Of a stretch of DNA of 64,000 nt, positions 1 to 11,239 are shown in pieces; the stretch's first letter is position 1, and every line of letters begins with the position of its first letter. Source of the DNA: Octopus sinensis (taxonomy: Eukaryota). Position numbers and translations under genes: made by a program. The notes beneath the pieces are model-generated. The model did no database searches, was not told where the DNA came from, and saw nothing but the letters and a program-made list of their open reading frames with translations. Where the stretch lies: NCBI RefSeq assembly GCF_006345805.1, contig NC_042999.1:118730001-118794000 (forward strand), written 5' to 3'.

Positions 1-172
1 AAAAAAACAAACCAAAAGACGAAGACAGGTGGTGTATAAAACAAACAGATGTATTAGTATAACGTTCAGGAATAGAAAAAGTCTTTTACGTTTTGAGCCT
101 ATGCTCTTCTACAGAAAGGGACACAGAAAAAACAAGGAGAGAAAAAGTGTGTAATGGCTAACGATCTATCAT
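1..172 (-). mobile_element. Short hammerhead-bearing Penelope-type element, family H1 (runs off window edge)
   Basis: Reverse complement aligns by eye with copies at 44871, 46018, 52765 and 62900. Confidence 0.75.
83..118 (-). ncRNA. Minimal hammerhead-like fold H1, degenerate (GAAA>AAAA)
   Basis: RC reads CTTT CTGTAGA A GAGC ATAG GCTC AAAA CGT A AAAG. Confidence 0.5.
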
Positions 173-173
173 A

Positions 174-330
174 TGATGGGTTTCTTTCAGTTTCTGTCTT
201 CCAAATCCACTCACAAGGCTTTGATCAGCCCAAGGCTATAGTAGAATATACTTGCACAAGCTGCCATGCATGGGACTGAACCTGGAATCATGTGATTGAA
301 AGCAAGCTTTTTACCACACAACCTCACCTG
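174..330 (-). mobile_element. tRNA/CORE-like SINE family A, head module
   Basis: RC has the tRNA-like head (gtgtggtaa...ggttcagtccca) and the ccttgggcaagtgtcttctactatagcc-like segment shared by many copies in the window. Confidence 0.75.
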
Positions 331-1234
331 ATTATTATTTCAAAGTCCTTACTCTAATAAGAATTTTCTTGAAGATTTCATGATTCGATTAGACAACAAT
401 CAGAAACACATTTAGCACAGCTTCTTTACAGGACTATTATCAATTGAAAGTAACGCAACCTTTTAGCTTATTTCATTGTCATAACACAGTCCATTATTGC
501 TATCTCTAGTTATATAGCAGGTCAATGTTGAAGCTTTGTGAGAGAGAATTGGAATTGATGTAATGCAATTTGTTCCCTCCGAGAACTGATCATATAATAA
601 TATTAATAATAACTTTTGACTGGTATGAGACAGATTGTTGATAAGAGATAAGAGAGAAGTGAGATGCCAACTTGGTCAGTATTATCATTAAATCTTGAAC
701 ATGTGCTGAATTTTTTATTAGAGCAAATGTACTTCTGTATTCTGTGTTGATACCAATATAGTAAATAGTAATTAGTTTATTTAATTTTTTAAATTAATTC
801 CTTCGATCTCACAGAAATACTTATGAAAGAATCATTCACAATCAAGGAAAATAATTAACTTGGTAGACATTTTTAATTTATCTAAGAGGTTTATTGTAGT
901 AAATAAAGAATGAAGCCATTCTAAATGACAGTCGAAATGATGCCTGTCTTATTCACTGATGACTTACAATCACAGCAAAAGTCAACAACAATGTCACTTG
1001 TGATCAATAACATTAACTCAAAACTCATAATGATGGTAATGTCTCATTGTTTTAAAACTGATTGTGATGCCAAAAATGATACTGGTGATGAGAATGGTGA
1101 AGATCACAACAATGATGATGATATTAATGATGACTTTTCCTTGTCTGGAGACTAATATATAAATAAGTATGCTATAAGTGAAACTGTATTATTAATGATG
1201 TAGAAATAAAATGAAATATCGTTTGTTTTTCCAG

Positions 1235-1391
1235 GGCCTACGTTACATTCAAAGTTGTCCACTGAGGTATCATGGTAATTTGAAGTCTCGGAATTGTGTT
1301 ATTGATAGCCGCTGGGTGTTAAAGATCACAGATTATGGTATCCCCGGCATGCTAGAAGGTGGGAAGGCTGACAGGAATCTCACAGCAGAAG
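1235..1391 (+). CDS. Receptor guanylyl cyclase (retinal-GC-like), internal exon A, kinase-homology domain
   Basis: Acceptor tttttccag|GGC. Translates GLRYIQSCPLRYHGNLKSRNCVIDSRWVLKITDYGIPGMLEGGKADRNLTAE+G. HGNLKSRNC and WVLKITDYG are diagnostic of the receptor-GC pseudokinase domain. 157 nt, ends phase 1 at GAAG|gcaagt. Confidence 0.95.
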
Positions 1392-1397
1392 GCAAGT
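1388..1397 (+). promoter_or_regulatory. Non-canonical GC-AG 5' splice site (intron 1392-8371)
   Basis: GAAG|GCAAGT matches the donor consensus except +2 C. It is the only nearby donor that joins in frame (G|AT = Asp) to the DMLWFAPE exon. Confidence 0.85.
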
Positions 1398-1849
1398 GCT
1401 ATTTTAAAAATCATTTTCTTATCATAATACAAAGAACACTTATTGTATTAATATATAAAATATTGAAATATATAGATTCATGAGCAAACATATACACACA
1501 TTTCCATATGTGTGTGTATGTACATATGCATGTGAGTGTGTGTATGTCTGTATGTTTGTGTGTGTGTGATGTAAATGTGTGTATACATACATACATATAT
1601 ATTAGAGGTGAAATTCTTGGATAGTAGCAAGATATACTGCTTCAACAGAATGTGGTACGTTTTCCTCAATCAAGAACAAATGTTGGAGGCTATATAAATA
1701 TATATATATATATAATTTAGGAGCCCTTAATTGTATAACTACATGAATAATATTTTTCTATATGAATAATATTTTTGTCTTATGACTAATTCGTCTTTTG
1801 TGCTGGGCACCTGGTAGTAAATAATATTACTACCCTTCTTGTTTATATT

Positions 1850-1880
<31 letters not shown>

Positions 1881-1900
1881 TATAACTGTATAATAATATA

Positions 1901-2372
1901 TCCTTTTATTTGTTTCAGTCATTTGACTGCAGCCATGCTGGAACACTGCCTTTAGTCGAACAAATTGACTCCAGGACATATTCTTTGCAAGCCTAGTACT
2001 TATTCTATTGGCCTCTTTTACTGAACCACTAAGTTACGGGAATGTAGATACACCAGCATTGATTGCCAAGTGATGGTGGTGGGACAAGCACAGGCACACA
2101 AACACACACACACACATGCACACACACACACACACATGCACACACACACACACATGCACACACACAAACATACACACACACACATACACATATATACAAC
2201 AGGCTTCTTTCAGTTTCCATCTACTAAATCCTCTCACAAGGCTTTGGTTGGCCCAAGGCTATTATAGTAGGACACACTTGCCCAAGGTGTCACACAGTGG
2301 GACTGAAACTAGAACCATGTGGTTGGTAAGAAGCAAGCTACTTACCAGTGGCTACTTACCACGCAGCCACTC
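1901..2372 (-). mobile_element. SINE family A, full length (head, internal (CA)n, 3' module)
   Basis: Head at about 2205-2372, (CA) tract, then 3' module ending in tttgtttcagtcatttgactgcagccatgctgg on the + strand. Confidence 0.8.
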
Positions 2373-2439
2373 TGATTTGAAGCTACAATTTATAAATACA
2401 AACGATTGAAAAATCATGAGCTAACCTTGACTCTGCTAC

Positions 2440-2830
2440 ACTCTATATAAATTCCTTACTGGGAATAACCAACTTTAAGAGGATCTTACATTGCTTATAA
2501 ACTCTATATTTGGATGGACTCATATTAAACTCTGTTGGACTTTTGGATTTTACTCAAAGGATATTGGAATATTGCATAAATACCATTATGCCTATAAAAC
2601 GGATTTACAAATTCCATACCCATACATATCTTACATCTATTTTCTTTCCTCCACATCACTCTCTATTTGTATCATATCGAAACTAACTATGACTTAATTT
2701 TTCCTCTCACACTGTTTCCAATGAAGGGATATTATTATTAATTAATATCCTAGAAACAACTGTAAGACCTTCTATCTATAAATGCTCTAATATCTATACA
2801 GCCTTGGTTTTTTATCTCATTATGCAAAAA
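2440..2830 (+). mobile_element. Penelope-like 3' end / pLTR fragment, family H2
   Basis: Similar to 7200-7501 and 44380-44775. Contains a hammerhead fold. Confidence 0.65.
2714..2768 (+). ncRNA. Minimal hammerhead-like fold H2 (decayed core CCAATGA)
   Basis: GTTT CCAATGA, 8-bp stem II GGATATTA/TAATATCC, GAAA CAACTGT A AGAC. Confidence 0.5.
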
Positions 2831-2970
2831 GTTCTTATATACTCACGCTGACATAGAACCAACGTTGAACCCTTTATTCACAATATTACTGAATCTGGAA
2901 CTTAACTTTGGTCTGTCTATAGCGCTTATTCAGCATTACCTGACACCTTTGGGTCTCAATGACACCATTA

Positions 2971-3013
<43 letters not shown>

Positions 3014-3221
3014 ATATGTATTTATATATATATATATATATATAATAAATATTAGGGAATAAATCCAAATTTACAGGGAAAAAAATCAGATTTAGGATTA
3101 AATCCAATTTTATAGTAAAATATTATAAAATATTATTAGAGACAAAACCACTATTTTGCAAAACAAACAAGGAAAGACTTAATCAATACATAAAATTTTA
3201 ATAAATAGTCAAAAAAAAACG

Positions 3222-3264
3222 CCACTACAATCGTTTCTTGTCTTGATCGACAATCTTCAGGTGG
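3222..3264 (-). ncRNA. Minimal type-I hammerhead ribozyme, canonical core, intact
   Basis: RC reads CCAC CTGAAGA TTGTC GATCAA GACAA GAAA CGATTGT A GTGG. Stem I CCAC/GTGG, stem II TTGTC/GACAA, self-complementary stem III, GUA site. Confidence 0.75.
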
Positions 3265-3324
3265 ACTTCCAATAATTCAGTTTCAAATTATGAAGTGGAA
3301 ATTTGAAACTGAATTATTGGAAGT

Positions 3325-3367
3325 CCACCTGAAGATTGCCGATCAAGACAAGAAACGATTGTAGTGG
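3325..3367 (+). ncRNA. Minimal type-I hammerhead ribozyme, canonical core, one stem-II mismatch
   Basis: CCAC CTGAAGA TTGCC GATCAA GACAA GAAA CGATTGT A GTGG. Confidence 0.7.
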
Positions 3368-3455
3368 CGGTTTTTTTTGACTATTTATTAAAATTTTATG
3401 TATTGATTAAGTCTTTCCTTGTTTGTTTTGCAAAATAGTGGTTTTGTCTCTAATA

Positions 3456-3504
<49 letters not shown>

Positions 3505-3884
3505 GAATATACAAATATGTATACATATATATGTTTGTATGTATATGTCTGTGTCGTTGTTTGTGTGTATATGCCTTGACAAAAATTGGCTAGTGAAATA
3601 TTTTTGTAGATTTATGGTTAGTGAAATTTTCAGCTTGCAGTAACAAAGAATAAAATTCTACAATTCATTTTAAATGGTTTTTTCCTCCTTTTCATTTTAC
3701 TCTATTCTTTTACATGAGAACCACATGGGAACACATACACATACATATATATATATTCATATACATGTATATGTAAGTATATATATATAAATATATACAC
3801 ATACATGATACACATACATATTTACATACATACTCATACATACAGATATATATATATATATATAATAAAACATTGTGTACAGTG

Positions 3885-3957
<73 letters not shown>

Positions 3958-4545
3958 CTATATATATATATATATATATATACATACATTAATAGTTGAT
4001 GAGAATGCATTGTAACTCTTTGCTCCTACATTCAAAACTCCTAGTACTATAATGACAACTTACTGTTTGTTGTAAATTATAACAACTATAAATATATATA
4101 TATATACACACACACACACATATATATACATATATATATACACACACATACACACACACATATATATACATATGTATATATACATATATGTATATATACA
4201 TATATGTATGTATACATATATATATGTATACATATATATATGTAAATATATATGTATGTAAATATGTATGTGTATGTATGTATATATATATATATATATA
4301 TATACATACATGCATACACATACACACATACATATGTATGTATATATTAATGCATGTATTTTGCTTTAGGTTTTAAACAAGACAGCATGCAAATGTATTT
4401 CATATTTACAAGTCAGCTCATTCTGATATAAATAATATGAAAGTTATGTGTTTATCGTAATAAACTTTTCGCATTTATGAACAAGATAAAGAAATTTTTC
4501 TGCACTTATTTGAAAAGCCAAATGTATAACAACAAAACATACGTG

Positions 4546-4591
<46 letters not shown>

Positions 4592-4740
4592 TGTACTGGC
4601 ATGGTTGTGTGGTGAAGAGGTTCACTTTACAGTATTGTCTCAAGCTGTGCTGTTTCTTGGATTATATATTTACAATGACAAATGACTTGTGACTGAACCT
4701 GGTAGAGAAAATCAACACATATTTATATGATAGCTTCTGT

Positions 4741-5938
4741 TATTTAAGTGACTGAGTCAGCATTGGAGGTGAATGCTCTGAGAGGATAGTGACTAGAATA
4801 AGAATAGGCAGGGCAAAGTTCAGAGAGCTTTGTACTTGTGTTGGTAACAAAGGGCCTCTCCCTCAGAATGAAAGGCAAACTCTATGGTATCTGTGTGTGA
4901 ACAACCATGCTCCACAGCAGTGAAATGTGGGCTGTAGCCGCAGAGGCCATGTGTAGGCTCGAAAGAAATGAAGCTAGTATGCTTCACTGGATGTACAATA
5001 TCAGTATACATGTATGGCAGAGCGTGTCTTGAGAGAAAAACTGGGTATAAAAGGCATCAGATGTGGTGTGCAAGAACGAAGAATGTGCTAGTATGATCAT
5101 GTGATGTGTATGGATGAGGACAGCTGTGTAAAGAAGTGCCAATCTTTAACTGTGGAGGGGACCCCTGGAAGGGGTAGATCCATGAAGACATGGGACAAGG
5201 TAGAGAAGCATGATGTTCGAGTGTGGGGTCTCATGGAGGTGAAGACTAGTGATCGAGACCTTTGGCAATATACTGCACTTGAGAAGACTTGTCAAGCCAA
5301 GTGAAATCGTAGTCATGGTTGTTACTGGTGTTACGTAAATGGCATTCATGAAATCATAATTGTGGATGTTGCCAGTAGCATGATCTTCAAATGCTGGGCC
5401 TCATGGAGGTGATGACAAGTGACTGAGACCTATGGTGATAAACCAAGTAAAATCACAGTCTGTTGCCAGAGTCATGTAAATGCTACTCATAGAATCATAG
5501 CCATGGTAATTACCAGTAGTATGATCTTCAAATATTGGGCCACACAGAGGCAAGGGACAAGGTGTTGAAGCATGATCTTCAAATATTGGGCCTCACGGAG
5601 ATGATAACAAACGACCAAGGCCTTTGCTTGTGTACTGTGCTTGAGAAGACTCGTCAAGCCAAGTGAAATCATAGTTGTGGCTATTGACAGTATCATGTAA
5701 ATGCCACCCATGAAATCATAGCTGTGACCATTGCTGGTGTCATTTAAATGGCACCCATTCTAGTGGCACATAAAAAGTACCTATTTCACTCTTGGAGTGG
5801 TTGGCATTAGAAAGGGTGTCCAGCCATAGAAACCATACCAAATCAGGCTGCAACCTGTGCGGCTCGCTGGCTAACCAGGTTCAGTCAAACCATTTAACAC
5901 CTGGAAAGCCGGCATTAAATAATGATGAGGATGATGAA
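4741..5938 (+). mobile_element. RTE-clade LINE 3' fragment with rearranged 3' UTR and (ATG)n tail
   Basis: Degenerate translation ...RIRIGRAKF...KGKLYG...RLERNEASML...MDEDSCVKKCQSLTVEGTPGRGRSMKTWD...LEKTCQAK*. Ends aatgatgaggatgatga. Confidence 0.8.
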
Positions 5939-5944
5939 TATACA

Positions 5945-6110
5945 GTATGAGAGCAACTGTATGGTTTTGAGTTTAGTCCCACTGTGTGCCACTTTAGGCA
6001 AGTATCTTCTACTCTAGCCCTGGGCCAACCAAAGTCTTGAGAGTAGATTTGGTTGATGAAAACCAATAGAAGCCTGTTGCACGCATATATATTTGCATGT
6101 GTGTGTGTGT
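5945..6110 (+). mobile_element. SINE family A head fragment
   Basis: gtttagtcccactgtgtgccactttaggcaagtatcttctactctagcc... followed by (TG)n. Confidence 0.65.
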
Positions 6111-6542
6111 CTGTCTGTGTAAATGTATGTATATATGTGTGTGTGTATTACTGTTTCCTTCTCTTGACAATACATTTTAGTTGGAAACAAGTGTCACTAT
6201 CATACAAGAGGTGTCCTTCATTTCCAGTCTTTTGCAAAACTATATCTGATCTTGGGGAAATACTACATTCCTTGGAAACATGTGAGGGTTGATGACCAGA
6301 AGAGCATTTGGTGATAGAAAATCTGCTTCAACAAATTGTGGCCAACTCATGTGAACATGGAAAAGTGAACATTAAAATAATGATGAAGATATTACTCAAT
6401 TATGACATTTATATTGAACAATAGTAATTAAATTGCTGTTTGTGTAATATTCAATATAGGGAACACCAAAAACCCTAATTAGAAATTGTAATGTGGTGAG
6501 ATAAAGACAATATCATTTTCTATAATAATATTTTTACATTAT

Positions 6543-6725
6543 TAAGGCAGCAAGCTGGCAAAATCATTATCATGCTGAACAATATGCTAGCGGCATTTCA
6601 TCCATTCTGCCTGCATTGCCTTTCATCATTTTGGGGTCGATAAAATAAGTACCAGTTGAGACTGAGGTTGATGTTATCGATTTAAACCTTCTGAAATTCC
6701 TGTCCTTGTGCCAAAATCTGAAAGC
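6543..6725 (+). mobile_element. tRNA-derived SINE family B (Meta-domain-like)
   Basis: ggcagcaagctggc head, gcctttcatcattttggggtcgataaaataagtaccag central segment. Confidence 0.7.
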
Positions 6726-6918
6726 AATATTTTTACATTAACATTTTACATCTAATGATGCAGGAATGGCTGTGTGGTAAGAAGCTTGCTTCCCAGCTAC
6801 ATGGTTCTGGGTTCAGTCCCACTGCATAGCACCTTAGGCAAGTGTCTTCTACTATAGCCCCAGGTCGAACAAAGACTTGTGAGTGGATTTGGTAGAGAGA
6901 AACTGAAAGAAGCCATCG

Positions 6919-6951
<33 letters not shown>

Positions 6952-7194
6952 AATATATATATATATATATATACGACGGGCTACTTTCAGTTTCCATCTA
7001 CCAAATCCACTCACAAGGCTTTGGTCAGCCTGCAGCTATAAGTAGAAGACACTTGCCTAAGGTGCCATGCAGTGGGACTGAACTTGGAACCATGTGGTTG
7101 GGAAGCAAACTTCTTACCACACAGCCACTCCTGTATCATTAGGAGTATAATGTTAATGTAAAAATATTGCTTTCAAATTTTTGCACAAGGACAG
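6700..7194. repeat. Fold-back inverted duplication centred on (TA)n
   Basis: Arms 6700-6918 and 6974-7194 each hold a SINE-A head plus about 60 bp of flank that is also reverse-complementary (6 mismatches in 65 nt). The centre is a (TA)-rich tract at 6919-6973. Confidence 0.85.
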
Positions 7195-7199
7195 TAATA

Positions 7200-7494
7200 T
7201 ATTTAATTTTAAATACTATTGGAACTTACACAAAAGGTAATGGAAGCTTATATGTATGCCATTCTGTTTAAATAATGGAACTGCACATACAACATCCCTG
7301 CATATCTCATGCCTGTTTTCAATCCTCCACTTCACTTTCTATTTCATATCTTCTCTAGAATAACTATTTCTTAACCATTTTCTCACGCTGTCTCCGATGA
7401 AGGGATATGTAAAATATCCTGGAAACAGCTGTAAGACCTTCTCTTTATAAATGTTCTGGAATCTTTCACAGCCTTGGATTTTCATCTCATTCTG

Positions 7495-7501
<7 letters not shown>
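7200..7501 (+). mobile_element. Penelope-like 3' end / pLTR fragment, family H2
   Basis: Possible ORF tail ILLELTQKVMEAYMYAILFK*, then the hammerhead, ending directly at (TA)n 7502-7530. Confidence 0.7.
7390..7437 (+). ncRNA. Minimal type-I hammerhead fold H2, best-preserved copy (core CCGAUGA)
   Basis: GTCT CCGATGA A GGGATAT GTAAA ATATCCT G GAAA CAGCTGT A AGAC. Stem I GTCT/AGAC, palindromic stem III ACAGCTGT, GUA site. Confidence 0.7.
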
Positions 7502-7530
<29 letters not shown>

Positions 7531-7538
<8 letters not shown>

Positions 7539-7745
7539 TTGTGTGTCTGTGTTTGACCCTCCACCATCACTTGACAACCAATGCTGGTGTGTTTACATCC
7601 CCGTAACTTGGCACTTCAGCAAAAGAGACTGATAGAATACTATGCTTACAAAGAATAAGTCCTAGGGTCAATTTGCTTGACTAAAGGTGGTACTCCAGCA
7701 TGGCTGCAGTCAAATGACTGAAACAAGTAAAAGAATAAAAGAATG
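7531..7745 (+). mobile_element. SINE family A 3' module
   Basis: ccaccatcacttgacaacc...cagcatggctgcagtcaaatgactgaaacaagtaaaagaataaaag. Confidence 0.75.
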
Positions 7746-8371
7746 ATTTACAATTTTCTACATCTATTTAGTGAAGCTCTCTAAATTACTTTGCCAATTC
7801 GAGTCAAGTCTGTGCTCTACTAAAGAAGTTTAACAAAACCAAAAACTGTCTATATTACCTAGCATGCTTAATGCGATGATAAGCCTTATAAGTTTAATTG
7901 CAATATTATTCTATATTTCTCACCACATAATTATTTTTAATTTGATTATTAATGCTCTTTATATCAAATATGTTAATAACTAACTTAGCTGTTGTTTCAT
8001 GTTGTTTCACCCCTGAAGAATTCACATTAGTTATTACAACATTGTCATCGTTGTTAGCATTGTAATAAAGTGACATTGACCTGTCTCATGGGATTACTCA
8101 ATTCATTATATTTAATCAGCCTTTTTTTTTAAAATTTAAAATGATTCCAGTTTGATGTGTTATACAGTGTTTTATTCACATAAGCCTTAACCTGAACCTA
8201 TAACAGTTTTGATGATTAAAGCCCCATTTGTATTTGGGACATTTCAAATCCCCCTTCTAAATATTAGCTAAGTTGCTGTTAACTTCACTTTGGAAAAATT
8301 GCATGTGTTTTGTTTAACTATGATATAAATAAAACAAACTTTGTAAATAACCATTTTCATATGTTTCACAG

Positions 8372-8521
8372 ATATGCTTTGGTTTGCTCCAGAAGTCCTT
8401 CGAAATATGAATTCTAAAGGACGATGGTTAGATAAAAGTGATGTGTACAGTTTATCAATAATAATGCAGGAAATAATTTTAAGAAATACCCCCTACTCCA
8501 GCCATGGCCTTTCAGCTGAAG
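8372..8521 (+). CDS. Receptor guanylyl cyclase exon B, kinase-homology domain
   Basis: Acceptor atgtttcacag|AT, donor GAAG|gtaagt. Translates (D)MLWFAPEVLRNMNSKGRWLDKSDVYSLSIIMQEIILRNTPYSSHGLSAE. 150 nt, phase 1-1. Confidence 0.95.
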
Positions 8522-9921
8522 GTAAGTAATGACTTATAAACACGATTATTTTTATGGAGATAGCTAATTTAGCAGTGTGCCAAACTAAATGGAAAAGTAT
8601 TTTGATTCTTCTCTAGTCCATTAGTTGAAGTTCAACTGAAGTTAATGAAATATTTGTCAGTTACATGCTGGATTGATTCAGTCAATTATATATGCTTTGT
8701 TACAAAATTGCTCTTAATTTGTTAAAAGAAATCATTCATTTGTAATGTTTATAAAAAAAAAAGGTGGTAGAGTAGTCAGCAGTGTTTGGACTAAATATAA
8801 TTTACTTTCTGAAATCAGAAACAAGTGTAATATACAGCAAAGGTTAGTTTAAGTGACTGTACACAACCCCTCATAAAAATTGGTTACAGCCATAGTTAAA
8901 AGAAACTAATGGCTTTATATCAATAGTTGAAGCTGAGTCAAGTCAGCATTAATCTAAGTGTATTTTAAAATTTCATTAATCTCATTTCTGAATTCAAACA
9001 CTACCACTGCTAATTTTGCTTTTAATTCCTCTTTTGGGGTAGGTGACAGAGAAATACCTGTAATAAATCGAGATGGGTTTATTTGTTTATTCTCGTTGCC
9101 TAAAAGGATTGTTTTTGTATCTAACAAAGAAAAAAAAAAAAAGAAAAGAAAATGCCTTACATTGATAATACTACATTACTAATAATGGAAGATTGCTTTT
9201 GTAATATCAGTGCATGTATTATTTTATGAAAGGTTTCAGACTGGAGAGCTTTTTTCCAATCAATAGCTTGGCTTTGAAAAGATCACAAAATACTTCAGCT
9301 CCAAACAATTGTTGACTCTCTACCCTTTGTTGGAGTACTACTCAAGAAGTTTTGGCAGAGTACAGATGCTATGCAAACAACATTGTTCACAATATAAGAA
9401 TAAAATCATCAGATCAATAGACAAATATTCACTCATCTACACAATGCAACCACTTGTGCACAAGTATCCTCTATCCAAATTTTACTTTCCTATTACAATT
9501 TCAATCATTTCTGATCCTTTGAACTACCAAGCTGTATACTAGCCCTATACAAACCAGGATAATATGATGCTTACATATCATCTTTTTCTATGCCTATTGT
9601 CCCATTACTTCAAACCACATATAGAACTACATTCTACTTCCTCCACTCAGAAAATGTACTCTTCTGGGACATACTTCCCATGCCAGAATTTTGTTTGTAG
9701 GAACTTGACCAATTGTTCATGACCCTAGAAAAGTTAACGCTGCACATCAACAAATCCCACTGCCTGCTCGTGGTCTAGAATAGCCTGAATAGACAACAAA
9801 CTCCAAATAAAGGATGAATTATCAAAATAAATCTGATTTACATTTCACTGCTCAGTTTAAGTGCATCCAACTATAAAAAGTACATACCAATATGAAAGAC
9901 AGGTGTTAAATGATGATGATG

Positions 9922-10009
<88 letters not shown>

Positions 10010-10051
10010 ATATGTATGTATATGTATGTTTGTATGCATGCATCTATGTAT

Positions 10052-10425
10052 GTGTATGGTAAGAAGTTTGTTTCCCAACCAAAGGATTCTGGGTTCAGTT
10101 CCACTACATAGCACCTTAGACAAGTGCCTTCAACTATCGCGATGGGCTGACTAAAGCCTTGTGAATGGATTTGGGAAACAGAAGCTGAAAGAAGCCCATC
10201 ATGTGTATGTGTGTGTATGTTTGTCCATCACCATCACTTGACGACAGGTGTTGGTGTGTTTACACCCCCATATACATACATAACGTAACAGTCTGGCAAA
10301 AGAGACAGGTATAATAAGAATCCACCTTATAAAAGTAAATAAGTACTAAGGTCGATTCATTCATCTAAAATTCTTCAAGGTGATGCCTCACCATGGTCAT
10401 AGTCTACTGATTGAAAAAAAAGATA
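10052..10425 (+). mobile_element. SINE family A, full length
   Basis: Head (ggtaagaagtttgtttcccaacc...), short (TG) spacer, 3' module. Confidence 0.75.
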
Positions 10426-11239
10426 AAAGGTAAAGTGTACACAATCTGAAGTTTGCAGCAATCCATTAGAAATGGTTTCATGGAAGCTTAGAGAACTTTT
10501 TTCTTTTGGAAGTGGCTTCAAATTAGTTAATTACATATCAGAGGAATTGGTGATAAATAACTAAATAAATAAATAATCATTCTCTATGCAATCAAATGTT
10601 CACTAAAATTTTATGCAGTTCTATTTTCATGCTTAATTCTAAACTTTTGAAATAGAAACCAATTCTAAAGTGATGTTAACTTAGAAGATAACTTCATATC
10701 TACTGCTTGTTGATATACCTACATATATCTAATGAAGTGTTGCATAAAGATGTATGATGTGGAAAATCACAGAAACAATATATGATGACACTCATAGAAA
10801 TGATGATGATTAAGTAGTGGTGATAATGGTAGTGATGTTGTCAATATTTTCATTGCAAATGGTTTATAATGATTGACATTAATGATGGTTTCTGATACTT
10901 ACACTAAGTCTCAAAACTTCCAGGACGTGAAGAACATAATCAATTTGATCGATCTCTTTGCCTGTATTTGACTGGTAATAATTACTGATAATCTTGTAAG
11001 GATAAAAAAGAAATTCAGCCTCAGTGGGATTTGAACATTTTGCATAGATATAACTGAATACCACAGGGCATATTACCTGTCATCCTGACTATAGCACCTG
11101 CCAGTTAACTGCTTTTTTGGTGTGTTTAGTCCTGACGACCATTATGCATGTCAGTAATTTTTCCTTTAAATGCCAAAATATATTTTTATTTTGAATAGTT
11201 AATAGATTTTTCAAATCCAATATAATTTCCCCTTGCTCT

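Larger units (their letters stand above)
3055..3465. mobile_element. Inverted duplication of a Penelope-type pLTR (family H3) between (TA)n tracts
   Basis: Arms 3124-3289 and 3300-3465 (166 bp each, about 2 mismatches, 10-nt loop). The left copy extends to a CCC end at 3055 abutting TA-rich sequence. Confidence 0.85.

Noticed and set aside
956-1000. CTGATGA as a hammerhead core
   Set aside because: No stem II or GAAA follows.
925-1155. 76-aa ORF with acidic tail
   Set aside because: The tail is a decayed (GAT)n repeat. No motif, and it lies in the intron upstream of exon A.
1394-1400. Canonical GT donor at 1396
   Set aside because: It gives phase 2 and frameshifts the next exon, and its context (AA|GTGCTA) is a poor donor.
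3388-4376. Many YI/CV/HT-rich ORFs here and across the window (e.g. 13163-13674, 54002-54295, 63103-63541)
   Set aside because: They are translations of TA/TG/CA microsatellites, which lack stop codons.
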